Of a stretch of 64,000 bases of DNA, positions 1 through 10,233 are shown piece after piece. Source of the DNA: an uncultured Pelagibacteraceae bacterium (GTDB taxonomy: Bacteria > Pseudomonadota > Alphaproteobacteria > Pelagibacterales > Pelagibacteraceae); the NCBI GenBank assembly GCA_902615425.1, contig CACMPD010000004.1, forward strand, positions 9,437 through 73,436, given 5' to 3'. The translations under genes and the position numbers were made by a program. Numbering within the stretch: the first letter of the stretch is position 1; every line of letters starts with the position of its first letter. The notes under the pieces were generated by a model. That model saw only the letters and a program-made list of their open reading frames with translations. It was not told where the DNA came from and searched no databases.

Positions 1-570
1 ATATTTCTCTAATTGTTCACTTAAACCTGTACTAGGTTTTTCATTATATCTTCCCGCAGGAGTACGCTCATCACCAATATGTATTAACCCATTTAAAAAA
101 GTACCAGTTGTAAGTATTAATTTATTACAATTAATCTTGTTACCTTTTAATGTTAAAAAGCTATTTATTGTATTATCTGAAAAAATAAACTCAGTTACAG
201 GATCTGAAAAAATGCTTAAATTACAATAGTTTACAAGTTTTTCTTGCATAAATTGCTTATATAACGATCTATCAGACTGAGTTCTTGGACCTCTAACTGC
301 AGGTCCTCTGCTTTTATTTAATAATCTAAATTGTATTCCTGATTTGTCTGCAATCTCTCCCATGACACCATCTAATGCATCTATTTCTCTGACTAAATGA
401 CCTTTACCCAAACCACCAATTGCAGGATTACACGACATCTCACCAATAGTATTTTTATCATGAGTAAATAAAGCAGTATCCACACCTAGACGAGCTGAAG
501 CAGCTGCTGCCTCACAACCGGCATGACCACCTCCTATAACAACTACATCAAATGAAAATTCATTTTTCAT
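1..570 (-). CDS. mnmG: tRNA uridine-34 carboxymethylaminomethyl modification enzyme MnmG/GidA (5' part, runs off window; absent from ORF track)
   Basis: Manual translation from CAT at 568-570: [29 protein letters not shown]...[25 protein letters not shown]...[15 protein letters not shown]; canonical GidA motifs; follows mnmE. Confidence 0.97.
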   Translation of the reverse strand, partial: MKNEFSFDVVVIGGGHAGCEAAAASARLGVDTALFTHDKNTIGEMSCNPAIGGLGKGHLVREIDALDGVMGEIADKSGIQFRLLNKSRGPAVRGPRTQSDRSLYKQFMQEKLVNYCNLSIFSDPVTEFIFSDNTINSFLTLKGNKINCNKLILTTGTFLNGLIHIGDERTPAGRYNEKPSTGLSEQLEKY

Positions 571-609
571 GATGTAAATTTATATTTGAAAAAAAATTTT
601 ACAAGACTC

Positions 610-1941
610 TTATTTTCCAATACAAAAATCATTGAAAATACTGCCTAATATTTCCTCTACATCGACCTTTCCAACAATCATACCCAAATGTCTGGTAGCT
701 AATCTTAAATCTTCAGCAGCTTTATCAAAATCTTTTTTATCATTTTTTTCTAAAAAATTTCTTAAATTATCTGAACACTGAACTAGGTGTTGTCTGTGTC
801 TTTCTCTAGTAATCAAAATATCCTCATTTATAATTAATTTTGTTTTTAATCTGTCTTTGATTTTTGAAATTAATTTATCTAAATTTAGGTTCTCCTTTAA
901 TGAAATTAAAACATGATCTAACTTTGTTACCTCTGTATCTAATTCACCCTGAATAAGATCTGACTTATTTACAACTAAAATTGCATTGTCTTTTAATAAA
1001 TCATTCAAAAAACCCTTTAAATCAATACTTTTTGCATCTACTACCACTAATTTCAAATCAGCATTTTCTGCTCTGTCCAACGATAATTTTATGCCTTTTT
1101 TCTCTATTTCATCTTTAGAATTTCTGATACCCGCTGTATCTGAAATTATTACTGGGTAGCCGTCAATATTTAAATGTGTTTCGATTACATCCCTTGTTGT
1201 TCCTGCAATTTCAGAAACTATCGCCACGTCTCTATTCGATAGATTATTTAATAAAGAAGATTTCCCAGCATTGGTCGGACCAACGATAGCAATTTTAAAA
1301 CCTTCTCGGATTATTTCACCTACTTTTTGATCATCTAAAATTTTATTGATTTTATTTAAAATTTCAGTTGCGTCTTTTTTAATTTTTTGAATATTCTTTT
1401 CAGGTAAATCTTCCTCGGGAAAATCTATTTTAGCCTCAGCAAAAGATAAAATCTTTAATAACTTGTCTCTTAAATCATCAAATTTCTCAGCTGATTTCCC
1501 TTTCATTATTTTAACAGCTTGTAATCTTTGTATTTCAGTTTCTGCTGCAATTAGATCAGCTATGCTTTCAGCTTTAAGCAAATTAATTTTACCATTTTGA
1601 AAAGCTATCTTGGTAAATTCTCCTGGTTCGGCTAATCTAAAATTCTCTATTTTAGACAATTCATTTTGTAGTGCTAAAACAATCGCTTTGCCTCCATGAA
1701 CATGAATTTCAGCCATATCTTCGCCTGTATAGCTCTCAGGCCCAGGAAACCAGATAATTATACCTTCATCAATAAGTTCAGAAGTGTTAACATTATTTAT
1801 TTTGCGGAGGGAGGCGATCCTAGGCGAGGGAAGAGGTTTTCCTGTAAGCAAAGTTATTGCTTTAGACGCATCTGACCCAGAAATTCTGATGATAGCAACT
1901 CCAGATATCCCTGGTCCCGAAGATAATGCGTAGATTGTCAT
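610..1941 (-). CDS. mnmE: tRNA modification GTPase MnmE/TrmE
   Basis: FPGPESYTGED, G1 GPTNAGKSS, GTTRD, DTAG, NKSD, C-terminal FCIGK. Confidence 0.98.
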   Translation of the reverse strand: MTIYALSSGPGISGVAIIRISGSDASKAITLLTGKPLPSPRIASLRKINNVNTSELIDEGIIIWFPGPESYTGEDMAEIHVHGGKAIVLALQNELSKIENFRLAEPGEFTKIAFQNGKINLLKAESIADLIAAETEIQRLQAVKIMKGKSAEKFDDLRDKLLKILSFAEAKIDFPEEDLPEKNIQKIKKDATEILNKINKILDDQKVGEIIREGFKIAIVGPTNAGKSSLLNNLSNRDVAIVSEIAGTTRDVIETHLNIDGYPVIISDTAGIRNSKDEIEKKGIKLSLDRAENADLKLVVVDAKSIDLKGFLNDLLKDNAILVVNKSDLIQGELDTEVTKLDHVLISLKENLNLDKLISKIKDRLKTKLIINEDILITRERHRQHLVQCSDNLRNFLEKNDKKDFDKAAEDLRLATRHLGMIVGKVDVEEILGSIFNDFCIGK

Positions 1942-1986
1942 ACATAAATTATAATGACTTAATCTAAATATTAAAATTAAATATTT

Positions 1987-3669
1987 CTATTTAGCTATTT
2001 TTTCCAATTCCTCAAAAAAACTCTTTCTATAATTTTGATTATCAAATAGTGGACTTTTTAATGCATTTGCAAAAACAAATTTTCTTAATTTTATATAATC
2101 ACCATGGTTATTTGATAAATTAACTATTTTCTGCACATATTCACTTTCATCTTTAGCAATCATTTCATCCATACCTAAATTTTTATTTATAGACTCCCCA
2201 CATCTTGAATTAAAATTATAACCAGCCATAGTTAGAACTGGAACTCCCATCCATAAAGCTTCAAATGATGTAGTTACACCATTGTAAGGAAAGGTGTCTA
2301 AGGCGATATCGATTTCCTTATAGGCATTAAGATGATCTTTAAATTCTTTTTCCCTACCCATGAATGTGATTGAATCCAAAACACCATTTTCTTTAAATAA
2401 TGCTTTAAGTCTTTCTAATCCATGTTTTATTTTTGATGTTTTTAAAATTAGTTTGGAGTTATTAATTTTTTTTAAAATATTTGACCAAACAGAAATTACA
2501 TCTGGATTAATTTTATCGAAATTATTAAAAGAGCCAAAAGTAAAAAATTTATTTTTTAGAAAAGGAGGTGGATTTTCAATTCTTTCTAAATCAAAACCAC
2601 AATGAGAATTCCAAATTTTAGGCAAATATATTACCTTTTCGGCATAAAATTTCTCTTCATTCGAGCGAATTAAATTTGGATCTGAAATTATATAATCCAT
2701 ATTTTTTAGTCCAGTGGTGTTGCAATAGCCCATCCATATGACTTGTTTTCTGGCAGTTCTGTTTTTTAACATTTCAATTCGATTCATTGATGTATAACCC
2801 ATCAAATCAATCATAATATCCAATTTTAATCCTCTTACTCTATTAACAGCACTGACATTATCTAAATTCCAAATATCAATTGTCTCATCAACTAAATCTT
2901 TGAAATCTTTTGTTGAGTGATCTTCTTTTGGATTGTTTAAAATTAAAGTAATTTCAAATTTTTTTTTGTCATAGTTTGATAGAATTGTTTTTAAAAAAAA
3001 AGTAATTGAATGACCTCCGAGGATATCTGCTGACAAAAAGCCTATTTTAATTTTTGGGCCAGACTCATTAGAAATTTCTTCTAATTGATCTTGTGGAATT
3101 ACTTTTAAATTTTGATCTAAAAACTTTCCAAAATTAAAAAAATCAGATTGTTTCCAATCTTTATCAAAACATCTCCAATAGCCATAATTACATAAATCTT
3201 TGGAGTCAAATTTTTTTGATTCTATTAATCTCTTAAAGTGAAGTATTAATTTTTTTGCATCGTTTAACCTTCGATAAACCATTGCCATTGCTAAATTAAT
3301 TGGCCTATGATTTATGCAAAATTTTTCAGTCAATTCATAAAAATTGATTATCTCACTGAAGTCAAATTTGTAATCTTTTTCTAAATCCATTAATAGAACG
3401 CTTGAAGTGATAAAATTAGCGAGACAATCTATTGCATGATTTGTATTTTTTTCTCTTAAATAACCTTGTTTAAAATCTCTTAAAGCCATCGACAATGAAT
3501 CTTTATCTTTTTTATCATTAGAAATTCTACTTAAACCTAATAAATTACATAAAGATGAAGATCTTTCTTCATCTTTAGTCTGAGATGTAATTTCAAATAT
3601 TATTTTGGAATATTGTTTTTGCTTAAATAATTCTTGAAGTTCAATTTCTAACTTTTGTGAAGAAACCAT
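1987..3669 (-). CDS. GT41 family (OGT/SPINDLY-like) protein O-glycosyltransferase, paralog A
   Basis: KIGFLSADILGGHSITFFL, IDLMGYT, QVIWMGYCNTTGL, TFGSFNNFDKI, DIALDTFPYNGVTTSFEALWMGVPVLT; helical N-terminal ~200 aa (degenerate TPR-like). Confidence 0.88.
   Translation of the reverse strand: MVSSQKLEIELQELFKQKQYSKIIFEITSQTKDEERSSSLCNLLGLSRISNDKKDKDSLSMALRDFKQGYLREKNTNHAIDCLANFITSSVLLMDLEKDYKFDFSEIINFYELTEKFCINHRPINLAMAMVYRRLNDAKKLILHFKRLIESKKFDSKDLCNYGYWRCFDKDWKQSDFFNFGKFLDQNLKVIPQDQLEEISNESGPKIKIGFLSADILGGHSITFFLKTILSNYDKKKFEITLILNNPKEDHSTKDFKDLVDETIDIWNLDNVSAVNRVRGLKLDIMIDLMGYTSMNRIEMLKNRTARKQVIWMGYCNTTGLKNMDYIISDPNLIRSNEEKFYAEKVIYLPKIWNSHCGFDLERIENPPPFLKNKFFTFGSFNNFDKINPDVISVWSNILKKINNSKLILKTSKIKHGLERLKALFKENGVLDSITFMGREKEFKDHLNAYKEIDIALDTFPYNGVTTSFEALWMGVPVLTMAGYNFNSRCGESINKNLGMDEMIAKDESEYVQKIVNLSNNHGDYIKLRKFVFANALKSPLFDNQNYRKSFFEELEKIAK
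2192..2255. repeat. 64-bp exact direct repeat, copy 1 (copy 2 at 3874-3937), inside GT41 paralog A
   Basis: gactccccacatcttgaattaaaattataaccagccatagttagaactggaactcccatccata is identical at both sites. Confidence 0.9.
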
Positions 3670-5348
3670 TATTTTGTTATTTCTGTAATTAATTTGTAGA
3701 AATTATCTGAAAATTTTTTTTGGTTAAAAAGTGGACTTTTAATAGCATTATGAAATATAGATTTTCTTAAATCTATAAATTCACTTTGATTTTTTGTTAA
3801 ATCAATTGCTTTTTGAATATAATCATTTTCATCTTTAGCAATTAGTTGATCCATACCTAAATTTCTATTTATCGACTCCCCACATCTTGAATTAAAATTA
3901 TAACCAGCCATAGTTAGAACTGGAACTCCCATCCATATTGCCTCAAAAGATGTGGTAACTCCATTATAAGGAAATGTGTCTAGAGCAATGTCTACATCTT
4001 TATATAGATTAAGATGATCTATTTTATCTTCAAATCTTTTATGAAAAATTACTGAGTCTAAAACGCCCTTTTTTTTCATCAATCCCTCAATTCTATCTAG
4101 CTTTTTTTTGTCGTTAGAACATTTCAAAATTAATCTAGAATTTTTAATTTTTTTTAAAATCTCTGCCCAACAATTTATTACATCTTTATTGATCTTTGCA
4201 GGATTATTAAAAGATCCAAAAGTAATGAAATTATTTTTTATTAAAGGAGGAGAAACTTGTTTTCTTTCAAAATCAAATCCACAATGAGTGTTCCAAATTT
4301 CTGGTAAATATAAAACCTTCTCTGTATAAAGATTTTTTTCGTCTATATAAATCAAATTTGGATCAGAAATTATGTAATCCATATTTTTTAATCCTGTGGT
4401 ATTACAATAGCCCATCCATATAGCTTGTTTTTTTGCTATTCTATTTTTAAACAATCCTATCCTATTTCTTGACGTATAGCCCATCACATCAATAATAATA
4501 TCTAAATTTAATTCCCTAATCTTATTAAAAGCATTTAAATCGTTCAAACCACTTATATCAATATTTTTATGTACTAAATTTTTTATTTCAGTTGATATGG
4601 AGTCAATATCAATTTGATTTGATATTAAATAAACCTCTATTTCATCTTTATTATAATTTGACAAAATAGTTTTCAAAAAAAATGTAATAGAATGTCCACT
4701 CTTTAAATCTGCAGACAAAATTCCCAAATTAATCTTTTTATTTTTTTTATTAGATATTTTAATTATTTTATCTTGCGGATATTCAAATAAATTTTTATCT
4801 ACAAATTTTCCATAATCAAAAAAATCTTTTTGGGACCAGTTTTTGTCAAAACATCTCCAGTAACCATAATTACATAAATCATTAGATATAAAATCTCCAG
4901 ACTCTATTATTTTTTTAAGATGAAATAACATTTCCTCATGATCACTCAATCTTGAATAAATTGTTGTCATTGCAATATTAATTTCTCTTTTATTTTGGAA
5001 ATTCTTAGGAGTTTTTTGATAAAAATCCTTTATTTCATTAAAATCTATATTCGTATTTTCAAAATCACTTAAAATTGCACTTGCAAGCACAAAATTTACT
5101 AGTGCATTAAGTCCATTTTCACTAGTTTTTTCTTTTAAATAACCCTTTTTAAAATCACTTAACGCTAATTCTATTTGAGATTTATTTTTTTTGTTAGAGG
5201 AAATCCTGCTGATACCCAACAACACACACAATCCTGCATTTCTCTCTTCCTCTTTCGTTTTAGTGGTGATTTCAAAAATTATCTCGGAATACTTTTTTTT
5301 CTTCAATAAATCTTGTAATTCAAATTCAAGGTTTTGAATTGAGACCAT
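3669..5348 (-). CDS. GT41 family (OGT/SPINDLY-like) protein O-glycosyltransferase, paralog B
   Basis: Same GT41 motifs (LGILSADLKSGHSI, IDVMGYT, FGSFNNPAKI, DTFPYNGVTTSFEAIWMGVP); colinear with paralog A over full length; TAATG overlap with A. Confidence 0.88.
   Translation of the reverse strand: MVSIQNLEFELQDLLKKKKYSEIIFEITTKTKEEERNAGLCVLLGISRISSNKKNKSQIELALSDFKKGYLKEKTSENGLNALVNFVLASAILSDFENTNIDFNEIKDFYQKTPKNFQNKREINIAMTTIYSRLSDHEEMLFHLKKIIESGDFISNDLCNYGYWRCFDKNWSQKDFFDYGKFVDKNLFEYPQDKIIKISNKKNKKINLGILSADLKSGHSITFFLKTILSNYNKDEIEVYLISNQIDIDSISTEIKNLVHKNIDISGLNDLNAFNKIRELNLDIIIDVMGYTSRNRIGLFKNRIAKKQAIWMGYCNTTGLKNMDYIISDPNLIYIDEKNLYTEKVLYLPEIWNTHCGFDFERKQVSPPLIKNNFITFGSFNNPAKINKDVINCWAEILKKIKNSRLILKCSNDKKKLDRIEGLMKKKGVLDSVIFHKRFEDKIDHLNLYKDVDIALDTFPYNGVTTSFEAIWMGVPVLTMAGYNFNSRCGESINRNLGMDQLIAKDENDYIQKAIDLTKNQSEFIDLRKSIFHNAIKSPLFNQKKFSDNFYKLITEITK
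3874..3937. repeat. 64-bp exact direct repeat, copy 2, inside GT41 paralog B
   Basis: Identical to 2192-2255. Confidence 0.9.
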
Positions 5349-5357
5349 TAAGAAGAT

Positions 5358-6626
5358 TTATGCTGGCTTATTCATTGAGTTAAAAAACTCAGCATTATTT
5401 TTAGTATCTTTTAATTTAGAATTTATAAATTCAATTGCATCCATTGTGCCCATTGGGGCAATAATTCTCCTTAATACATTCATTTTTTGAAGGTCATTTT
5501 TGTCAAATAGCAATTCTTCTCTCCTGGTGCCTGATTTTGTAATATCGATAGCTGGATAAATTCTTTTATCAGCAATTTTTCTATCTAAAACAGTTTCACT
5601 ATTACCAGTTCCTTTAAATTCCTCGAAAATCACCTCATCCATTCTGCTCCCTGTATCTATTAGTGCAGTAGAAATTATTGTTAGTGATCCACCTTCTTCA
5701 ATGTTTCTAGCAGCACCAAAAAATCTCTTTGGTCTTTGAAGTGCATTAGCATCTACACCACCTGTTAAAACTTTACCTGAGCTCGGTATTACAGCGTTAT
5801 AAGCTCTTCCTAATCTAGTTATCGAATCTAAAAGTATAACGACATCTTTTTTATGCTCGGTTAATCTTTTAGCTTTTTCTATAACCATCTCAGCAACAGC
5901 AACATGGCGCTGAGCGGGCTCATCAAATGTAGAACTAATGACTTCACCTTTAACTGTTCTTTGCATGTCAGTCACTTCCTCAGGTCTTTCATCAATTAAT
6001 AAAACGATTAGGTAACACTCGGGATAATTTTTGGCTATTGAGTTAGCTATACTCTGTAATATCATAGTTTTACCAGCCTTTGGTGGTGAGATAATAATTG
6101 ATCTTTGACCTTTACCAATAGGGCTCACTAAGTCAATAAGTCGTGGAGTTAAATCTTGCTTTTTGTCTGGTTTTAACTGCTCAACTTCCATAACAAGTTG
6201 CTTATCAGGATATAGAGGTGTCAGGTTATCAAAAGCTATTTTATGTCTAGATTTATCAGGTTCTTCAAAATTTATTTTACTTACTTGCAATAATGCAAAA
6301 TATCTTTCACCCTCTTTGGGAGCTCTAACAGGTCCCTCAACAGTATCACCAGTCCTTAAACCAAATTTTCTAATTTGACTTGGGCTTACATAGATATCGT
6401 CTGGACCTGGTAAATAATTTGACTCCATAGCTCTTAAAAAACCAAAGCCATCTTGAAGTAATTGAAGTACACCCGCCCCAGTTATTTCCTCTTTTTCTGC
6501 AACTTTTTTCAAAATCGCAAAAAGTATCTCCTGTTTTCTTAGAGTGCTTGCATTTTCAATGCCAAGCTCTTCTGCCTGAGTAATAAGCTGTTCTGATGAT
6601 TTTAATTTTAGTTCTTGTATGTTCAT
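5358..6626 (-). CDS. rho: Transcription termination factor Rho
   Basis: [53 protein letters not shown]. Confidence 0.99.
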   Translation of the reverse strand: MNIQELKLKSSEQLITQAEELGIENASTLRKQEILFAILKKVAEKEEITGAGVLQLLQDGFGFLRAMESNYLPGPDDIYVSPSQIRKFGLRTGDTVEGPVRAPKEGERYFALLQVSKINFEEPDKSRHKIAFDNLTPLYPDKQLVMEVEQLKPDKKQDLTPRLIDLVSPIGKGQRSIIISPPKAGKTMILQSIANSIAKNYPECYLIVLLIDERPEEVTDMQRTVKGEVISSTFDEPAQRHVAVAEMVIEKAKRLTEHKKDVVILLDSITRLGRAYNAVIPSSGKVLTGGVDANALQRPKRFFGAARNIEEGGSLTIISTALIDTGSRMDEVIFEEFKGTGNSETVLDRKIADKRIYPAIDITKSGTRREELLFDKNDLQKMNVLRRIIAPMGTMDAIEFINSKLKDTKNNAEFFNSMNKPA

Positions 6627-6688
6627 GGGTAAATTATTAAGGACTTAATAATATTTATAATATATATGCTAAAACAAATTATTCAACC

Positions 6689-7123
6689 CTAGATAGGCTT
6701 AAATATTACAACAAATATGATTAAAATAAGCAATAATGTGGGTATTTCATTAATGTATCTGTAATATTTATGAGAATGTTTATTAATATCTATTTTAAAT
6801 TGCCCTAAAATTCTTCCTAGATAAAAATGATACAGAGTTAAAATAATCACAAAAACTAATTTTAATATCATCCACTTTTGTCCTAATTGTTCAAAACCTA
6901 TTTCATGTATTAATACTAACCCGAATACCCAGGATAATGTCATTGCAGGTGTCATAATGTAAAAAAAAAGTTTTTTTTCCATAACTTTAAATACTTCTGA
7001 AACAAGTGGTTTGTCATTATTTTGTGAATGGTAAACAAAAATTCTCGGAAGATACAAAAGACCAGCCATCCAAGAAATTACTGCTATTAGATGGAGAGAT
7101 TTGAAAAGCAAATAAGTATTCAT
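6689..7123 (-). CDS. hemJ: Protoporphyrinogen IX oxidase HemJ
   Basis: KSLHLIAVISWMAGLLYLPRIFVYH, NEIPT; in hemE-hemH-hemJ-rho cluster. Confidence 0.95.
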   Translation of the reverse strand: MNTYLLFKSLHLIAVISWMAGLLYLPRIFVYHSQNNDKPLVSEVFKVMEKKLFFYIMTPAMTLSWVFGLVLIHEIGFEQLGQKWMILKLVFVIILTLYHFYLGRILGQFKIDINKHSHKYYRYINEIPTLLLILIIFVVIFKPI

Positions 7124-7126
7124 CGA

Positions 7127-8125
7127 TTATATGTTTTGTTGAATTAATGATTTTAATAAATTTATATGGTCATTATTATCATTTAAACATGGTACCATAT
7201 CGAAATTTTCACCACCGGATTCTAAAAAACTTTCTTTACCTTGAATAAGAATTTCTTCCAATGTCTCAACACAATCTGAGGAAAAACCAGGACATATTGC
7301 AAGAACATTCTTCTTTCCCTCTTTAGGCAATTTCTCTAGTGTTTTATCTGTATAGGGCTCAAGCCATTTTTGAGGACCAAATCTAGATTGAAATGTTGTT
7401 TTAATTTCTATCGAATTAAATTTCTCTGAAATCAATCTTGTCGTTTTTTGACAATAGCAGTGATACGGATCTCCTTTATCAAAGTATTTTTGAGGTATAC
7501 CATGATAAGATGCCAATATTAAATCTGGCTTCCAATTTATTTCTTTTATTTTCTTATTCAGTGAATTTACCAAAGCATCTATATACAAAGGATGTGATTC
7601 ATAATGTGGTATTATTTTGATTGATGGTTGCCATCTCATTTTCATTAACGTTCTATAAACTTCATCACAAACAGTTGCTGTTGTTGCTGCAGCATATTGA
7701 GGATATAGAGGGAGTATAATCAAGTTCTCACAACCCTTTTCATGGAGTTTTTTTATTTTGCTTTTTATACTCGGATTTCCATACCTCATGGCATAATCAA
7801 TAGTCAGGTTTTGTTCAGAAAAGGAATTTGACAATTTCTTGGCTTGTTCTTGTGTATAATAGAGAAGGGGAGAAATGTTTTCATCTTTCATCCAAATTTC
7901 TTTATAAGCTTTAGCGGTTTTAGATGGTCTAAAATTCAATATAAAAACATTTAATATAATTTGCCAAATAAAAGGATTAACCTCTATTACCCTTTTATCA
8001 GACAAAAATTCTTTCAAATATTTTCTAATATCAAACCAACTTGTAGAGTCCGGTGTCCCCAAATTTATTATCAGAGCTCCTGTTTTACCAAAATTAATAG
8101 GTGGGTGATTTAATTCTTTTTCCAT
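7127..8125 (-). CDS. hemH: Ferrochelatase
   Basis: NLGTPD, YLKEFLSDKRV, LPLYPQY, SYHGIP, FQSRFGP, DCVETLEE. Confidence 0.97.
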   Translation of the reverse strand: MEKELNHPPINFGKTGALIINLGTPDSTSWFDIRKYLKEFLSDKRVIEVNPFIWQIILNVFILNFRPSKTAKAYKEIWMKDENISPLLYYTQEQAKKLSNSFSEQNLTIDYAMRYGNPSIKSKIKKLHEKGCENLIILPLYPQYAAATTATVCDEVYRTLMKMRWQPSIKIIPHYESHPLYIDALVNSLNKKIKEINWKPDLILASYHGIPQKYFDKGDPYHCYCQKTTRLISEKFNSIEIKTTFQSRFGPQKWLEPYTDKTLEKLPKEGKKNVLAICPGFSSDCVETLEEILIQGKESFLESGGENFDMVPCLNDNNDHINLLKSLIQQNI

Positions 8126-9126
8126 TAATAATCTTTTATAGTTTTAACTAAATAATCCATCATACTTGGGTCTGTTTCAGGTAATATTCCATGACCTAAA
8201 TTAAATATATATGGATGATCTTTAAAAATATCCAGATACTTGATTGCTTCTTTTTTAAGATTGTCTTTATCAGTAAGTAAAACTTTTGGATCCATGCCGC
8301 CTTGCACAGGAATTTTTATCTCTTTTTCAATTTTTATTGGATCAACTTCATAATCTATACAAATTGCATCTGGTTTTACAATTTCACAATATTTTTTATA
8401 ATTTTTTATACCTCGTGGGAAGCAAATCACTGGGACATTTAAAGATTTAGTAAATTCAACTAAAGAACAAGTTGGATTATAAATATAAAAATCATAATCC
8501 TTATTTTCTAATAGTCCTGCCCAACTATCAAAAATTTGTATAATATCTGCACCACTATTAATTTGATTTTTAATATGAATTTTTAAAAATTTATCTATTA
8601 TTTTTAAGGTTTTTTCAATTATAGACAAATCTTTAAAAAAATTTTCTTTGAGCTTTATTTTTGGAGATTGTTTATTTAGAATATAGACAAGTAATGTCCA
8701 AGGGGCTCCAACAAAACCTATAGTAGACTTGTTTTCTGTTAAATTATTATTTCTTACCAAATTTATAGCTTTATAAATGGGATCGACTCTTTCAACAAAA
8801 TCACTTTCAGTAACTTCGGATGCTTGATTAATGTTTAGATCACCAAGGATGGGTCCAACATTTTTTTTAAATTCTACTTTTTGTTTCAAACCGTAAGGTA
8901 AGATTAATATATCAGAAAAGATTATGGCTGCATCTAAGTCAAATCTTTTAAGAGGTTGTAAAGTTATTTCAGCTGATAAATTAGAATTTAAACACAGTTT
9001 AATAAAATCAGTATTTTTTTTTCTAATTTCTCTAAACTCTGGCAGATATCTTCCAGCTTGCCTCATAATCCATATAGGATTTAAATCTGTTTTTCCATCT
9101 TTAATAACCTTCTTGATGTTAGACAT
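8125..9126 (-). CDS. hemE: Uroporphyrinogen decarboxylase
   Basis: PIWIMRQAGRYLPE, AAIIFSDIL, GAPWTL, QIFDSW, FNLGHG. Confidence 0.97.
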   Translation of the reverse strand: MSNIKKVIKDGKTDLNPIWIMRQAGRYLPEFREIRKKNTDFIKLCLNSNLSAEITLQPLKRFDLDAAIIFSDILILPYGLKQKVEFKKNVGPILGDLNINQASEVTESDFVERVDPIYKAINLVRNNNLTENKSTIGFVGAPWTLLVYILNKQSPKIKLKENFFKDLSIIEKTLKIIDKFLKIHIKNQINSGADIIQIFDSWAGLLENKDYDFYIYNPTCSLVEFTKSLNVPVICFPRGIKNYKKYCEIVKPDAICIDYEVDPIKIEKEIKIPVQGGMDPKVLLTDKDNLKKEAIKYLDIFKDHPYIFNLGHGILPETDPSMMDYLVKTIKDY

Positions 9127-9408
9127 ATTAATAATAAAGTTTATTTAATAATATTTGTAATAGGAGCTGTGAAATACGTGGATTAAATTTTATATACATT
9201 TTATAAACCAGTTATTAACATTTAAATGTAATTTTTTGATATATATATAAGTAATATTGAAGCTTATTACCAATATTTCAATTTAATGAAAAACTTTATA
9301 CAGATGTTTAATAATGTTAATAAAAGCTATGTTTTACAGCATAAATTTTAAATTTATAAAATTAACTAACTTTGTCTAAATAAAACAAAAACTATTAACA
9401 TTTTATAC
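9127..9408. other. Probable chromosomal replication origin (oriC)
   Basis: Largest non-coding gap in the window (282 bp), extremely AT-rich, between divergent hemE and DUF299 genes (the oriC position in Caulobacter/Rickettsia); DnaA-box-like 9-mers at 9168-9176, 9177-9185, 9212-9220, 9296-9304, 9315-9323, 9392-9400. Confidence 0.7.
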
Positions 9409-10233
9409 ATGAGTAATATTTATCAGATTTATCTAATATCAGACTCTACGGGTGAAACGTTAGATAGAATTTTTACTGCAATTAAAGCTCAATTCAAAAA
9501 TATAGATTATAAAATACACACTTATTCCTTTACAAGAACTGAAAACCAAATTTTAAAAATTTTATCTAATGCTAAAGAAAATCAAAACTCTATTATTTTA
9601 TATTCAATCGTAGATAGTAGCCTTGCAAAATATCTCGCAAGAAATAGCGAAGAAAAGAAAATTCCCTGTTTTGGTGTTCTTGGAGATTTAATCTTGAGCT
9701 TTTCAAAGCTGCTTAATCAAAAAGCATCTCACCAACCCAGTGGTCAATACACTCTCAATGATGAGTATTATAAAAGGATTGAAGCAATTCAATTTACAAT
9801 GAACCATGATGATGGAAATTTAGTAAAAGATATTAAAAAATCGGACATTATTTTATTGGGAGTTAGTAGGACCAGCAAAACACCAACCTCGATTTATTTA
9901 GCAAACAAAGGGTTTAAAATATCTAATATTCCTTTGGTAAATGAAAATTCTATTCCTGAAACTTTAAAAGAAGACCCAAACCTTACTTGTATTGTTGGAT
10001 TAAGCACAGAAGCAGAAAGATTGGCTGATATTAGAAAAAATCGAATGAATTCATTAAAGGAATCTCAAAATAAATCTTACACAGACTTATCTAAAATTAA
10101 AAAAGAAGTTGAGAATGCTAAAAATACTTTTAAAAAATATAAGTGGCCGGTGATAGATGTTACTAGAAAATCGGTAGAAGAAACTGCTGCCTCAATTATA
10201 AAGATATACGAAATATATAAAAATAATGGTTAA
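9409..10233 (+). CDS. PEP synthase/pyruvate phosphate dikinase regulatory protein (DUF299 kinase/pyrophosphorylase)
   Basis: ISDSTGET, AIQFTMNHDDG, GVSRTSKTPTSIYLAN, DVTRKSVEETAA. Confidence 0.95.
   Translation: MSNIYQIYLISDSTGETLDRIFTAIKAQFKNIDYKIHTYSFTRTENQILKILSNAKENQNSIILYSIVDSSLAKYLARNSEEKKIPCFGVLGDLILSFSKLLNQKASHQPSGQYTLNDEYYKRIEAIQFTMNHDDGNLVKDIKKSDIILLGVSRTSKTPTSIYLANKGFKISNIPLVNENSIPETLKEDPNLTCIVGLSTEAERLADIRKNRMNSLKESQNKSYTDLSKIKKEVENAKNTFKKYKWPVIDVTRKSVEETAASIIKIYEIYKNNG

Noticed and set aside
9127-9408. CtrA boxes (TTAA-N7-TTAA) and parS sites near the origin
   Set aside because: No correctly spaced CtrA full site found by eye; no TGTTTCACGTGAAACA-like parS noticed in the window
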